A stretch of DNA of 64,000 nt from Candidatus Marinacidobacterium sp. GTDB lineage: Bacteria > Acidobacteriota > Vicinamibacteria > Marinacidobacterales > Marinacidobacteraceae. The translations under genes and the position numbers were made by a program. Below, piece after piece: positions 45,488 to 56,099 of the stretch. The stretch lies in the NCBI GenBank assembly GCA_965220965.1, contig OZ244852.1, positions 645,141 through 709,140 of the forward strand, given 5' to 3'. Numbering within the stretch: position 1 is the stretch's first letter; every line of letters starts with the position of its first letter. The notes under the pieces are model-generated. The model was not told the origin of the DNA and did no database searches. It worked only from the letters and a program-made list of their open reading frames with translations.

Positions 45488-46378
45488 TCAGCCCGGCGCC
45501 GGCTGTCCGGTCCGGAGCTCCTGAGACGCGAGGAACACCAGGTCCTTCTCCGGATCCGGTGGCCTCGCCGAACCCGCCGGCCGGTAGCCCCGCAGGTCGA
45601 CGGCGGCCCGGGGATATCCGGCCGCCCGGAGCCCGGCGGCGAGCCGTCGCCGCATCTCCGGCGCCAGCGCGAGGCGGATGTCGTCCGGAGCGAGTTCGAT
45701 CCTCGCCATCTCCCCGTCATCCCGGACCCGGAAGGCGGAGAAGCCGAGGTTCCGGACCGCCGCCTCTCCCGCCTCCACGCGTCCCAGCGCTCCGGCGGTG
45801 ATCGGAACCAGACGCTCAACGCGGGAAGCGAGGCACGCCGAGGCGGGCTCCTCGGCGACCGGCAGACCGGCCTCGCGCGCCAGCGCCCGGATCTCCTCCT
45901 TCCCGAGTCCCGCCTCCAGAAACGGCGAACGGACGCCGTGGACCGAGGCGGCGCGGCGGCCTGGCCGATGGTCCCCGAGGTCGTCGCGGTTCGTCCCGTC
46001 GAGCACGGTCGCGAAGCCGCGGGAGCGGGCAAGTCTCCGCAACGTTCCGTAGAGCTCGTCCTTGCAGAAGAAGCACCGGTCGGCGCCGTTTCGGCGATAG
46101 GACGCGTCCTCGATCTCGTTCGTGTCGATCCACTCGTGCGGCATCGGGCTCTCGTTCAGCACCGCCTCCACCAGGCCCCGCTGGTAGGACGAGAGGCTCG
46201 GACTCACCCCGGTCACCGCGAGGCTCCGGGCGCCCAGCACGCGGAAGGCGTGGTGGGCGAGCGTGGCGCTGTCGACCCCTCCGCTGAGCGCCACGACCGC
46301 CGATCCGCAGTCCTCGAGGACGTTCGTCAGGGAGGCCAGCGCGGCCTCCGCGGACCCCGCGTTAGCTGTCCCGGACAC
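45488..46378 (-). CDS. PP-loop ATP pyrophosphatase, LarE-like sulfur transferase family
   Basis: PP-loop SGGVDS. LarE-like CFFCKDELY cysteine motif. 296 aa. Confidence 0.7.
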   Translation of the reverse strand: MSGTANAGSAEAALASLTNVLEDCGSAVVALSGGVDSATLAHHAFRVLGARSLAVTGVSPSLSSYQRGLVEAVLNESPMPHEWIDTNEIEDASYRRNGADRCFFCKDELYGTLRRLARSRGFATVLDGTNRDDLGDHRPGRRAASVHGVRSPFLEAGLGKEEIRALAREAGLPVAEEPASACLASRVERLVPITAGALGRVEAGEAAVRNLGFSAFRVRDDGEMARIELAPDDIRLALAPEMRRRLAAGLRAAGYPRAAVDLRGYRPAGSARPPDPEKDLVFLASQELRTGQPAPG

Positions 46379-46868
46379 CGTCGCTCCGCCTCCAGGGGCC
46401 GCTCTTGCCGCCGCGTTTCTCGAGGAGCCGCACGGCGCCGATCTCCATGCCCCGGTCGATGGCCTTGAGCATGTCGTAGACGGTCAGCGCCGCAACCGAG
46501 ACTGCGGTGAGCGCCTCCATCTCGGCGCCGGTGGACGCCCGGCACCGGACCCGCGACCGGAGTCGGACGCCGCGCTCCTCGAACTCGGCGGTGACCTCCA
46601 CGTCGTCGAGGGGCAGGGGATGGCACAGCGGGATCAGCGAGGCGCACGCCTTCGCGGCCTGGATGCCGGCGATCCGCGCGGTCTCGAGGACGCTTCCCTT
46701 CGGCGCATTGCCCGTCCGGGCCGCTTCGAGCGCCTCCGGCGAGACCGAGACGAAACCCTCGGCGGCGGCCTCCCGCCGGGTGACCGGCTTGGCGCCGACG
46801 TCCACCATGCGCGCGCCGCCACGGTCGTCCACGTGGCTGAGCGCTCCCGGTCCCGGCGCGGAGCTCAT
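46362..46868 (-). CDS. moaC: Cyclic pyranopterin monophosphate synthase MoaC
   Basis: [25 protein letters not shown] and the IAGIQAAK / [10 protein letters not shown] core. Confidence 0.85.
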   Translation of the reverse strand: MSSAPGPGALSHVDDRGGARMVDVGAKPVTRREAAAEGFVSVSPEALEAARTGNAPKGSVLETARIAGIQAAKACASLIPLCHPLPLDDVEVTAEFEERGVRLRSRVRCRASTGAEMEALTAVSVAALTVYDMLKAIDRGMEIGAVRLLEKRGGKSGPWRRSDGVRDS

Positions 46869-48148
46869 GTCCGCGAATCCTCCCACCAGGACCCTGCGTC
46901 CGGAAAGCCCTCGAGCGGCATGGCCAGGATCTCCTCGCCGGCGGGAATCACCCCGGCGTTCTCCGGCGCGACGAGAAGGGCGTTCGCCTGTCCCAGCGCG
47001 CCGATGTCCGCCGACCCCACGGAACGGACCGGCCGGGCTTCGAGCGAGCCATCCGGCCCCGAGGCGACGCGCCCCGGGAGGAAGGCGCGACGGCCTCCGC
47101 GGTTCGTCAGCGGGGCGGCGAGGCGCGCCCGGACCCGCGGGCGATCGGGATGCGACATCCCCTCCAGCCGGTCGAGCGCCGGGCGGGTCAGCACTTCGAA
47201 GGTGGTGAACGCCGACACCGGGTTCCCCGGCAGCCCGAAGATCAGCCGGCGGCTCTCCTGGCCGTCGTCACGCACGCCGAAGACGAAGGGCTTTCCCGGC
47301 CGGATCCGGACGGCGGTGACCAGCAGCCGCGCGCCGAGCCCTTCGAGCACGGGCTCGACGAAGTCGAACCGACCCATCGAGACGCCGCCGGAGAGCAGGA
47401 GGACATCGGACTCGAGGCCCACGCGCATCGCCCGGGCGAGCGCCGCCGGATCGTCCCGCACGATGCCGAGCCGCCGCACCGGAAGCCCGAGGCTGCGGGC
47501 GCGGGCCGCGATGAGGTGGCTGTTCGCGTCCCGGATGCGCGCGGGTCCCGGCGCCCGGGCGCGCGGATGGACCAGTTCGTCTCCGGTGGAGACGACCGCG
47601 ATCCGGGGGCGCCGTCCCACCAGCACCCGGGTTCTGCCGACGGCGGCGAGCACCCCGGTCGCGGGGGAGGAGAGACGGACGCCGGGGGTCAGGAGCGGCG
47701 CGCCCGCCCGGATTTCGGCGCCCCGCGGAGACACCCGCGTTCCCGGGCGGACCGGAGGCGGGGTCGTCCCCGGCGCCGGCCAGGAGACGAATTCGGTTCC
47801 CCCCTGGGTTTCCCGGACGGTGTGCTCCACCATGATGGCGGCGTCGGCGCCGGCCGGCATCGGCGCTCCGGTCATGACCGCCACCGCCTCGCCCGGACCC
47901 ACCGGGACGCGGGGCCACTGGCCGGCGGCGACTTCGCCCACCACCCGGAGCCGCCCGCCCCCGGCCAGCGAAGCCGCGCGGACCGCGTAACCGTCCACCG
48001 AGGCCCGGTCGAACGGCGGCTGGTCGCGGTCGGCGGCCACCGCCTCGCGAAGCACGCGTCCCCGGGCCGAACCCAGCCCGACCACCTCGGCGGGAAGCGG
48101 CCGGGTGTGCTCGAGGACGACGGCGGTCGCCTCCTCGACGCTCAGCAT
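46865..48148 (-). CDS. moeA: Molybdopterin molybdotransferase MoeA
   Basis: Start ATG at 48148 ([11 protein letters not shown]). MoeA domains ([34 protein letters not shown]). Confidence 0.85.
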   Translation of the reverse strand: MLSVEEATAVVLEHTRPLPAEVVGLGSARGRVLREAVAADRDQPPFDRASVDGYAVRAASLAGGGRLRVVGEVAAGQWPRVPVGPGEAVAVMTGAPMPAGADAAIMVEHTVRETQGGTEFVSWPAPGTTPPPVRPGTRVSPRGAEIRAGAPLLTPGVRLSSPATGVLAAVGRTRVLVGRRPRIAVVSTGDELVHPRARAPGPARIRDANSHLIAARARSLGLPVRRLGIVRDDPAALARAMRVGLESDVLLLSGGVSMGRFDFVEPVLEGLGARLLVTAVRIRPGKPFVFGVRDDGQESRRLIFGLPGNPVSAFTTFEVLTRPALDRLEGMSHPDRPRVRARLAAPLTNRGGRRAFLPGRVASGPDGSLEARPVRSVGSADIGALGQANALLVAPENAGVIPAGEEILAMPLEGFPDAGSWWEDSRT

Positions 48149-48242
48149 CCCGGCCCCCGGGCGGTCGCTCCCGCGCCGGCGCCCGGCTCGCCGCCGGATC
48201 GGGGGTCGCTGGCCGCTCGCCGGCGCCGCGGGCGATCCGGAG

Positions 48243-48590
48243 TCAGGCGTCCGCCTCGAAGCTCGCCACCGCCTCGTCCTCGGTCTCGTAGACCTCGAAG
48301 AGCGGCAGCACCCGGGCCACATCGAGGGCGCGGGCGACGCGCTCCCGGGGGTGGAGCGCCTTCAGCGCGCCTCCCGCTTCTCCGACCCGGCGCGCGGAGG
48401 CCACGAGTTCGCCGAGGCCGCCGCTGTCGATCACGCTCACTTCGCTCAGGTCCACCACGATCCGGGTCCGACCCGACTCCACGAGCACGTTCACCGCCTC
48501 GCGCAACTGCGCGTCGCCGTGGCCGTCCACCAGACGTCCGTTGAGCTGCAGCACCGCGACGCGGCCCCGGTCCTTCAGGTCGAGTTGCAT
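48243..48590 (-). CDS. STAS-domain anti-sigma-factor antagonist
   Basis: Start ATG at 48590 (MQLDLKDRGRVAVLQLNGRLV). SpoIIAA-like fold with conserved DLSEVSVIDSGGLGEL. 115 aa. Confidence 0.7.
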   Translation of the reverse strand: MQLDLKDRGRVAVLQLNGRLVDGHGDAQLREAVNVLVESGRTRIVVDLSEVSVIDSGGLGELVASARRVGEAGGALKALHPRERVARALDVARVLPLFEVYETEDEAVASFEADA

Positions 48591-48595
48591 CCGGC

Positions 48596-50497
48596 CTACC
48601 CGATCAGCGAATGGAGCGCCTGCCGGTCGATGCGGATCTGGTAGCTCTCCTGGACGGTGGCGAGGAAAGCGGACCACAGGCGAGACCTCTTCTCCTCGGC
48701 CATCTGGGCCCGGAAGGGCTCCTTCTGCTCCTCGAACTCGGCTTCGTCGTAGCCCGCGAGGCTGTTTACGCGGATGACGGCGTAGCCCCGATCGGCCTCC
48801 ACCGGCCCGAGAGTCTCGCCGGGCGCCGCCGCGAAGACCGCACCTTCCGCCGCGGGAAGGATCCCGGCCGCGCCCAGCGGACTGCCGCGGAACCAGGTCG
48901 GCAGCGGCGTGGGGTCGGTCGGCGGGGTCTCGCCGGCGGTCGTCGCGGCGAGAACGCTCCCGGCCTCCTCCCGCGCGAGCTCCATCGCGCGCTCGTTGCG
49001 CATCTCGCTCATCAGTTCATCGCGGACCGCATCGAACTCCGGCACGTGGGGCGCCCGCTCCTCGGTCACCTCGATGAACGCAACCCCGGTGGCGAGGGCG
49101 ACCGGGCCGCCCACGTCGCCGACATCCAGCGCGAAGGCCACGCTCGCCGCCTCGGCCGAGGCCAGTTCGAAGACGACTTCGCCCTCGGCGAAGAAGTCGG
49201 TCTCCTGCACCATGACGAGCGGATTTCCGCCGAGGAGGTCTTCGAGGCGCCCGGCGCCGGACACCAGCTCTTCGAGTTCGATGACCCGCGTCTGCAGCAG
49301 TTCCGACGCCTTCTCCCGGCGAATCGTGGATTCGATGTCCTCCTGCACTTCGGAGAGCTCCTGCGTTTCCGCCGCCTCCAGACGCTCGAGGCGGACCACG
49401 TGAAAGCCGTAATCGGTCCGGATCGGATCGCTGATTTCCCCGGGCGCCAGAGCGAAGACCGCCTCCGAGAACTCGGGGAGCATCTCCTCCGGACCGAACA
49501 CTCCGAGGGCTCCGCCGTCGCCGGCGGTCATCTCGTCCGCCGAGTAGGTGCGCGCCAGCTCGGCGAAGTCCTCTCCCTCCCGGGCCCGGTCGGCCAGCCG
49601 GGCGGCGAGCGTGCGCGTCGCCTCCTCATCGCCTTCGGACTCGGGCTGGAGCAGGATGTGGCTGGCTTCGGCGCGCTCGCCGGTCTGGTACTGGAAGAGG
49701 TTGCGGTCGTAGTAGCGCTGCACTTCCCGCTGGCGCACCGCGACTTCCTCGGCGATGGTCTGCTCCGAGAGCGTGAAGTAACGGATCCGCCGCTGCTGCG
49801 GGAGTTCGAGCGCCGCGGGGTTCTCGTCGTAGCGCGCCCGCGCCTCCGCCTCGCTCACCTCGACCTCTCCGAGGCGCGCCGCCGAGGAGACGAACCAGAC
49901 ATCCAGCGAGGCGCTCTCGTTCCGGCGGCGGTATTCCTCGAGCAGCTCCAGGTCCGAGACATGCGGGGACTGGGTGACGAGCGCCCGCAGCTTCTCCGCA
50001 AGCAGATCCGACCGGACCGAGTCCTCGAAGGTCCGGGGGTCGAGCCGCGCCGAGCGCAGCAGGTCCAGATAGGCGGCGGTTCCGATGAACGCCCCTTCAC
50101 GCTGGAAGGCCGGCGAGTTGGCGATGGCTGCGCCCACCTCCGCGTCGGTCACCCGTAAACCATGGCGCCCGGCTTCCAGAACGAGCATCCGGTCGCGGAT
50201 CAGATCCGTCGCGACCTGTTCCGGAATCCCGAGCTGACGCGCGAGGTTGGCCGAGAACTGGCCGCTGGTCTGCTCCTGATACTGCTGCGCCACCTGGCGA
50301 TAGCGGTCCAGAAAGGCGGAGGCCCGGATCGGCTCGCCGTCGACCCACGCCACGCCTCGCCGCATGGCGGCGGTGGCCGGGTCCCCCATGAAGTCGGGGA
50401 AGTAGAGGGCCACGAAGGCCAGGATGACGAGCGCGAGCAGCCCGGCTCCGAAGAACCAGCCGAACGACTTGCGGTTGCGGAAATACTCGAGGATCAT
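48596..50497 (-). CDS. ppiD: Periplasmic chaperone / peptidyl-prolyl isomerase PpiD (SurA-like)
   Basis: N-terminal TM anchor. Parvulin-type PPIase domain (ASHILL...GGALGVFGPEEMLPEF...DYGFHVV). 633 aa. Confidence 0.75.
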   Translation of the reverse strand: MILEYFRNRKSFGWFFGAGLLALVILAFVALYFPDFMGDPATAAMRRGVAWVDGEPIRASAFLDRYRQVAQQYQEQTSGQFSANLARQLGIPEQVATDLIRDRMLVLEAGRHGLRVTDAEVGAAIANSPAFQREGAFIGTAAYLDLLRSARLDPRTFEDSVRSDLLAEKLRALVTQSPHVSDLELLEEYRRRNESASLDVWFVSSAARLGEVEVSEAEARARYDENPAALELPQQRRIRYFTLSEQTIAEEVAVRQREVQRYYDRNLFQYQTGERAEASHILLQPESEGDEEATRTLAARLADRAREGEDFAELARTYSADEMTAGDGGALGVFGPEEMLPEFSEAVFALAPGEISDPIRTDYGFHVVRLERLEAAETQELSEVQEDIESTIRREKASELLQTRVIELEELVSGAGRLEDLLGGNPLVMVQETDFFAEGEVVFELASAEAASVAFALDVGDVGGPVALATGVAFIEVTEERAPHVPEFDAVRDELMSEMRNERAMELAREEAGSVLAATTAGETPPTDPTPLPTWFRGSPLGAAGILPAAEGAVFAAAPGETLGPVEADRGYAVIRVNSLAGYDEAEFEEQKEPFRAQMAEEKRSRLWSAFLATVQESYQIRIDRQALHSLIG

Positions 50498-50725
50498 GCG
50501 TCTGGAGGAGGGGGGTCGCCGGCCGCCGGATCCCGGTCCGGCGGGAATCGTCCGGGCGCCTGCGGGTGGCGCGGACGGGGCAACCCCTCATCGTACCGCC
50601 GCCTCTGTACGCCGGGCAAACCGGCTGTAGACTTTGGCGCGGATGCGGACCGTCCGGGGAATCTCCGGGGCGAAATCCGAACCTTCCCGCCGCCTCGACC
50701 AGCGCCACCCTGAGGGCCCGGACTC

Positions 50726-51751
50726 ATGCTTCGCTATCTCCTGAGCCTGTTCTCGCTGGACCTCGCGGTGGATCTGGGCACCGCCAACACCCTGATCTTC
50801 ACCCAGGAGTCCGGGATCATCCTCCGGGAGCCCTCGGTGGTGGCGGTGAACCAGAGCACCAAGCGGGTGGAGGCGGTGGGCCACGAGGCCTACGCGATGG
50901 TCGGGAAGACGCCCGGCCACATCCAGGCGATCCGGCCGCTGCAGGACGGGGTGATCGCCGACTTCGAGGCCGCGGAGCGGATGATCAACCACTTCGTGAT
51001 GAAGGCCATCGGGCGTCGCTGGTGGGCCGCGCCCCGGATGGTGGTCGGCGTCCCGCTGAACATCACGCCGGTCGAACGGCGCGCGGTCAAGGACTCGATC
51101 CTGCGGGCGCGAGCGAGCGAGGTGTTCCTCGTGGATCAGCCGGTCGCGGCGGCCATCGGGGCCGGCGTCGACGTGTCGAGTCCGGAGGGCAACTGCATCG
51201 TGGACATCGGCGGGGGGACCACCGACATCGCCGTCACCTCGCTCTCCGGGATCGCCGCCGGGACGTCGGTGCGCGCGGCCGGGGACATGTTCACCCGCTC
51301 GATCGCCGAGCACCTGCGGCTGAACTTCGGTCTGGCCGTGGGGGAGCGGACCGCCGAGCAGATCAAGATGCAGGTCGGCACGGCGGTGCCCCAGGACGAG
51401 CCGCTTCGGATGGAAGTGCGGGGGCGGCACCTCACCCGTATGGCGCCGGCCACGCTCGAGGTGACGGACGAGGACATCCGGCAGGGTCTCCAGCAGCCGC
51501 TCAACGAGCTGCTCCGGGCCATCCGCGTCGTCCTCGAGCAGACCGACCCGGAGCTGTCGTCCGATCTGGTGGATCGGGGCATCGTGCTGACCGGGGGAGG
51601 GGCGCTTCTCCGGGGCCTGCCGGAGTTCATCGCCGAGGACACGCACCTCCAGGTGAACGTGGCTGACAACCCCCTCGACTGCGTCGTGAACGGGGCTGGC
51701 ATCATGCTGGATCAGATGGATCTGCTCCAGCGGGTTTCGAAGGCGGCATGA
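50726..51751 (+). CDS. mreB: Rod shape-determining protein MreB
   Basis: Actin-fold motifs DLGTANTLI, GGGTTDIAV. 341 aa. Confidence 0.95.
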   Translation: MLRYLLSLFSLDLAVDLGTANTLIFTQESGIILREPSVVAVNQSTKRVEAVGHEAYAMVGKTPGHIQAIRPLQDGVIADFEAAERMINHFVMKAIGRRWWAAPRMVVGVPLNITPVERRAVKDSILRARASEVFLVDQPVAAAIGAGVDVSSPEGNCIVDIGGGTTDIAVTSLSGIAAGTSVRAAGDMFTRSIAEHLRLNFGLAVGERTAEQIKMQVGTAVPQDEPLRMEVRGRHLTRMAPATLEVTDEDIRQGLQQPLNELLRAIRVVLEQTDPELSSDLVDRGIVLTGGGALLRGLPEFIAEDTHLQVNVADNPLDCVVNGAGIMLDQMDLLQRVSKAA

Positions 51752-51818
51752 CGTCGCGGCGGGCGGCGGGCGCTTCCCGGGCCCGGCTCATCGCATGAGG
51801 TGACGCGGGGAGCCGGAA

Positions 51819-52673
51819 TTGCCCAGGCGCAGAGGTCACGGGGCCGTCCTGCTCGTCGTGCTCGGGGTGAATTTCCTCGGGCTCACCTACCAGTTCCGGA
51901 CCGGGACCGACATTCCCGTCCGGAATGCGCTCACCACCGTGTTCGGCGGCGCGCAGCAGCTCGTCGCCAGCGGCTTCCGGACCGCCGGGGACTGGGCGGG
52001 CGCGATCCGGGAAGCGCGCGAGGGGCGCGGCCGGCGGGACGATCTGCGGTCCCGGCTGGCGCGGAAGGAGTGGGAGCTGACGGTGATGCGCGGGCTCCTC
52101 GCGCGGGCCGAGGGACTGACCGCGCTGGACCGCGAAGAGTTCGCCCTGCGGGAGCCCATTGCCGGTGAGGTCGTGGGCGTCGGGGCGTCGCCGCTCGACC
52201 GGACGCTCACGGTGAACCGGGGGTCGAGTCACGGTGTCCGCCGGGACAGCCCGGTGATGGCGGCGTCCGGTCTGGTGGGACGGGTCGTTTCCGTGGGGAT
52301 CCTCTCCAGCCAGGTCGAAGTGATCACCGGGGCCCGTTCCGGCGTGGCGGCCCTCACCTCCGAAAACCGGACGCGCGGGATCATCCACCGCTCCACCCAA
52401 CCGGTGGAGGCGGGCGAGGATCTGATCCTCGACTACGTGCCCGTCGGCCAGCGGGTGGACGTCGGGGAGCTCGTGATCTCGAGCGGCCTGGATCAGTTGT
52501 TTCCCAAGGGGCTGGTCGTGGGCGAAGTCGTGCGCGTGAGCGAGGGCTCGGGAATGTTGCTCGAGGTGGGCGTCCGGGCCGCGGTCGACTTCGACACGCT
52601 CGAGCGGGTGTTCGTCCTCGACGCCTCGACGCCGGCTTTCGCCGATCCGCCGACGGGGGTCGCCTCGCCGTGA
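51819..52673 (+). CDS. mreC: Rod shape-determining protein MreC
   Basis: TM anchor, coiled-coil, then two beta-barrel repeats (SGLVGRVVSV...GDLILDYVP..GLVVGEVVRV). Position after mreB. Confidence 0.85.
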   Translation: MPRRRGHGAVLLVVLGVNFLGLTYQFRTGTDIPVRNALTTVFGGAQQLVASGFRTAGDWAGAIREAREGRGRRDDLRSRLARKEWELTVMRGLLARAEGLTALDREEFALREPIAGEVVGVGASPLDRTLTVNRGSSHGVRRDSPVMAASGLVGRVVSVGILSSQVEVITGARSGVAALTSENRTRGIIHRSTQPVEAGEDLILDYVPVGQRVDVGELVISSGLDQLFPKGLVVGEVVRVSEGSGMLLEVGVRAAVDFDTLERVFVLDASTPAFADPPTGVASP

Positions 52674-53209
52674 ACGTGCTGGAGCCCCGCCCGCGGCGTC
52701 GCGGCGGCGCCCGGTTCGCCGCGGCGCTGTTCGTCGGCTTCCTTCTCCAGACGGTGGTCGTGCCAACGTCGTGGGCCGAGGTCCTCGCGCCGGACTTCAT
52801 CCTGGCGGCGGTCGCCGGGATCGCCATGGCCGGCGGCGCCGGCGCGGCGATCGGTTACGGCGCCCTCGCGGGGCTCCTCCAGGACTCCTTTTCCGGCGGA
52901 TTCCTCGGGATGCACGGGTTTTCCAAGCCCCTGGTCGCGTTTGCGGTCGCCCGACTGGCGAGGGTGGTGCGCACCAGCTCCAGGTCGGCGACCCTGGCGC
53001 TCGTGCTCTTCGCGGTGGTCGCCGATGTGATGGTCCTGTGGGTCCTCGGCGTGATGGCGGGGGAAGGGGTGGTTCCCGGACGGATGGGCGCGATCGTCGC
53101 CGGCTTCGGGCTGACCGTTCCCGCCGGGTGGCTGGCGGCGCGCCTGCTGCGCCAGCCGAGGCGGGAGGAGTTCGGGATGCGGGAGGGACAGCGGCATGCT
53201 CCGGTCTGA
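52670..53209 (+). CDS. mreD: Rod shape-determining protein MreD
   Basis: Small polytopic membrane protein. GTG start overlapping the mreC stop. Confidence 0.7.
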   Translation: MNVLEPRPRRRGGARFAAALFVGFLLQTVVVPTSWAEVLAPDFILAAVAGIAMAGGAGAAIGYGALAGLLQDSFSGGFLGMHGFSKPLVAFAVARLARVVRTSSRSATLALVLFAVVADVMVLWVLGVMAGEGVVPGRMGAIVAGFGLTVPAGWLAARLLRQPRREEFGMREGQRHAPV

Positions 53210-54977
53210 TTGGGTCGCCACCATCCGGCGGCGACTCGGACTGCTCCACTATGCGCTGCTGATCGTGGCGGCGCTGCTCGGGCTGCGCTTCTGGAACCTG
53301 CAGATCGTGCGCGGCGACGAGTTCGCCGAGATCGCGCGCCACAACTACCTGCGCAGTGAGCGCCTGAGAGCCCCCCGGGGACTCGTTCTGGATCGGAAGG
53401 GAAGGACCCTCGCGGAAAGCGAGCCCTCGTTCGCGCTGATCGCCGACGCCCCGGGCATCGCCCGCCTCGAGGAACTCGGAGCGCTGCCGGATGCGGACGC
53501 CGGGGAGCTCGACGCGCTCCGGAGGCGCGCCGCTCGCGGGCCGGCCGTCGTGCGGACCGGCCTCGACTTCGAGGAGGTCGCTTACCTCGACGCCCGCCGC
53601 AGCGACCTGCCGGGGGTGCAGGTCGACTTCATTCCGGTCCGGCGATACCCGCTGGGGGCCGCAACCGCCCACCTGCTCGGCTACGCCGCGGAAGTCACCC
53701 CCGCGCAACTGCTGCTGGAGGAGTTCGTCGCCGCCTCGGACGGCGACATCGTCGGGCACACCGGGGTCGAGCGGGCGTACAACACGCTGCTTTCGGGCGT
53801 GGACGGGCAAGTCGACCTGATCGTCGACAGCCGGGAGCGGATCCGCGGCGGGCCCGGGGTGCGGGCCACCGACCCCGTCCGCGGCGGCACTCTGCGGCTC
53901 AGCGTGAGCGGCGCGCTTCAGGAGGCGGCGCTCGCGGCGTTCGGCGAGGAGAGCGGCGCCTTCGCCGCGCTCGACATCGCGACGGGAGCCATCCTGGGGC
54001 TCGGGAGCTATCCCGCCGAGGACCCGACGCTCTTTCGTCGCGACGCCAGCGTGTTCCGCGAACTGCTCCGCCACCCGCGGACCCCGCTTCTGAACCGGGC
54101 GATCCAGGGCGGATTCCCGCCGGGCTCCGGGTTCAAGCTCATCACCGCGGCGGCGGCGCTCGCCGAGGGCGTGGTGGACGAGGACCACCGCGTCAACTGC
54201 ACCGGCCGGACCAGGGTCGGGGGCCGCACCTTCCATTGCCACCGCACTGATGGGCACGGAGAGGTGAACCTTCTGAGGGCGCTCGCCGAGTCGTGCAACG
54301 TCTACTTCTACCGGATCGCGTCGCAGATGGATGTCGACGTCCTCGCCGGGTATGCGCGCGCGTTCGGCCTTGGCGCGCCCACCGGGGTGGACCTCCTGGG
54401 TGAAGTCTCCGGCCTCGTTCCGACGAGGGAGTGGAAGCGGGAGACCTACGGAGAGCGCTGGTACCCGAGCGAGACCGCCTCGGTCGCGGTCGGACAGGGG
54501 GCGATGGTCGTGACGCCACTGCAGATGGCGCGGGTCGTCGCCGCCATCGCCTCCGGGGGAAGACTCCTCAGCCCGGGCCTCACCGAGCCCGGCCCCGCCG
54601 GCGTCGTGGAGGGGATCGCTCCGGAACACCTCGAACTGATCCGGGCCGGCATGCGCGAGGCGGTGCTCAGCGGAACCGCGGCGCGCGCCCGGATCCCGGG
54701 GTTTGCGGCGGCCGGCAAGACCGGGACGGCGCAGGTCGCGAGCGCCGAGCGGGTGGCGGATGAGAACGAGGACCGTCCCTGGGAGTTCCGCACCCACGCC
54801 TGGTTCCTGGGGTTCGCGCCGTATGAGGATCCGGAGATCGCGATCGCGGTCCTGGTGGAGCACGGCGGGGCGGGCTCTTCGGCGGCCACCCCGATCGGCC
54901 GGGAGATCCTGACGACGTGGCGGGACGAGCGGAGTTCCGGCGAGGGGGGCGCGGTTGATCTCGCTGCGGCCCGCTGA
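53196..54977 (+). CDS. mrdA: Penicillin-binding protein 2 (peptidoglycan D,D-transpeptidase MrdA)
   Basis: PBP dimerisation domain. SxxK (GSGFK), SxN (SCN), KTG (KTGTAQ) transpeptidase motifs. Confidence 0.9.
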   Translation: MLRSDWVATIRRRLGLLHYALLIVAALLGLRFWNLQIVRGDEFAEIARHNYLRSERLRAPRGLVLDRKGRTLAESEPSFALIADAPGIARLEELGALPDADAGELDALRRRAARGPAVVRTGLDFEEVAYLDARRSDLPGVQVDFIPVRRYPLGAATAHLLGYAAEVTPAQLLLEEFVAASDGDIVGHTGVERAYNTLLSGVDGQVDLIVDSRERIRGGPGVRATDPVRGGTLRLSVSGALQEAALAAFGEESGAFAALDIATGAILGLGSYPAEDPTLFRRDASVFRELLRHPRTPLLNRAIQGGFPPGSGFKLITAAAALAEGVVDEDHRVNCTGRTRVGGRTFHCHRTDGHGEVNLLRALAESCNVYFYRIASQMDVDVLAGYARAFGLGAPTGVDLLGEVSGLVPTREWKRETYGERWYPSETASVAVGQGAMVVTPLQMARVVAAIASGGRLLSPGLTEPGPAGVVEGIAPEHLELIRAGMREAVLSGTAARARIPGFAAAGKTGTAQVASAERVADENEDRPWEFRTHAWFLGFAPYEDPEIAIAVLVEHGGAGSSAATPIGREILTTWRDERSSGEGGAVDLAAAR

Positions 54978-56076
54978 ACGCCCCTCCCCCCGACGGACCG
55001 ATGTCGGGCTGCTGCTCTCGGCGTCGCTGCTCACGCTCGTCTCGATCGTCGTCCTCTACAGCGTGCTGGTCGGCGGCGCGGAAGCGGCGACCTTCACCGA
55101 CCACGTCACCCGGATCGTCCTCGCGGCGGGCGTGGCGGCCGCCGCGTACTGGATGGACCACCGCGTGCTGGCGCGACTGTCGCCGCTGCTGTTCGGGCTG
55201 GCGCTGGCGCTTGCGGCCTACGCCAACGTGGCCGCGGCGCTCCGCGCCGGGACCCGGCGCTGGCTGGACATCGGCGCGATCACGCTTCAGCCGGGGGAAA
55301 TGGCCAAACTGGCCCTGGTCCTCCTCCTGGCCCACCTGATCGGTCGATCCGGCCACGAGCCGCTGAGCCGGCGCGCCAAGGTGGGCTGGTTCGTGGCCGC
55401 CGCGGCGCTGGTGCTCGCGGTGGCGGCGCAGCCGGATCTCGGCAGCGCGGCCATCCTGGTGGGTGTCGGGGCCGGCATGGTCTTTCTGGGGGGGCTCCGG
55501 CTCTCCCGCCGGCTGGTCGCCTGGGCGGTGGCGGGAGGGCTCGCCGCCGCGCCGCTGCTCTGGACGTTCGGGCTGCGCGACTACCAGCGCGCCCGCGTGC
55601 TCGCGTTCCTGAGCCCGGACAGCGACCCCCTAGGCGCGGGGTACCAATCGCTCCAGGCCTCCGTCGCGGTGGGTTCGGGCGGGTTCTGGGGGGCGGGCTG
55701 GATGCGGGGATCCCAGACCGCCTACGAGTTCCTGCCAGCGCCCCACACCGACTTCGTGTTCGCGGTGATGGCCGAGGAGTTCGGCTTTGTGGGCGTCGCC
55801 CTGGTGCTCGGGCTCTACGTCTGGCTGGGGCTGCGGCTGCTGGCGATCGCGATAGCCGCCGTGGACAACCACGACCCCACCGGTGCGCTGATCGTCGGCG
55901 GGCTCTTCCTGATGCTCCACCTCCAGGCGGTCTACAACATCGCGATGGTGGCGGGGCTGGTTCCGATCAAGGGGTTTCCGTTGCCGCTGATGAGCTACGG
56001 AGGCAACTCGCTGCTCGTCACCGGGGCGGCGATCGGCCTCGCGGCCTCGGTCAACCGGAGGAAGTGGCTGTCCTGA
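54955..56076 (+). CDS. rodA: Rod shape-determining protein RodA (SEDS family)
   Basis: FtsW/RodA/SpoVE signature (GFPLPLMSYGGNSLL). TTG start, uncertain. Overlaps mrdA by 23 nt. Confidence 0.9.
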   Translation: MISLRPAERPSPRRTDVGLLLSASLLTLVSIVVLYSVLVGGAEAATFTDHVTRIVLAAGVAAAAYWMDHRVLARLSPLLFGLALALAAYANVAAALRAGTRRWLDIGAITLQPGEMAKLALVLLLAHLIGRSGHEPLSRRAKVGWFVAAAALVLAVAAQPDLGSAAILVGVGAGMVFLGGLRLSRRLVAWAVAGGLAAAPLLWTFGLRDYQRARVLAFLSPDSDPLGAGYQSLQASVAVGSGGFWGAGWMRGSQTAYEFLPAPHTDFVFAVMAEEFGFVGVALVLGLYVWLGLRLLAIAIAAVDNHDPTGALIVGGLFLMLHLQAVYNIAMVAGLVPIKGFPLPLMSYGGNSLLVTGAAIGLAASVNRRKWLS

Positions 56077-56099
56077 CCCGGTTCTGACGCAAACGGACC

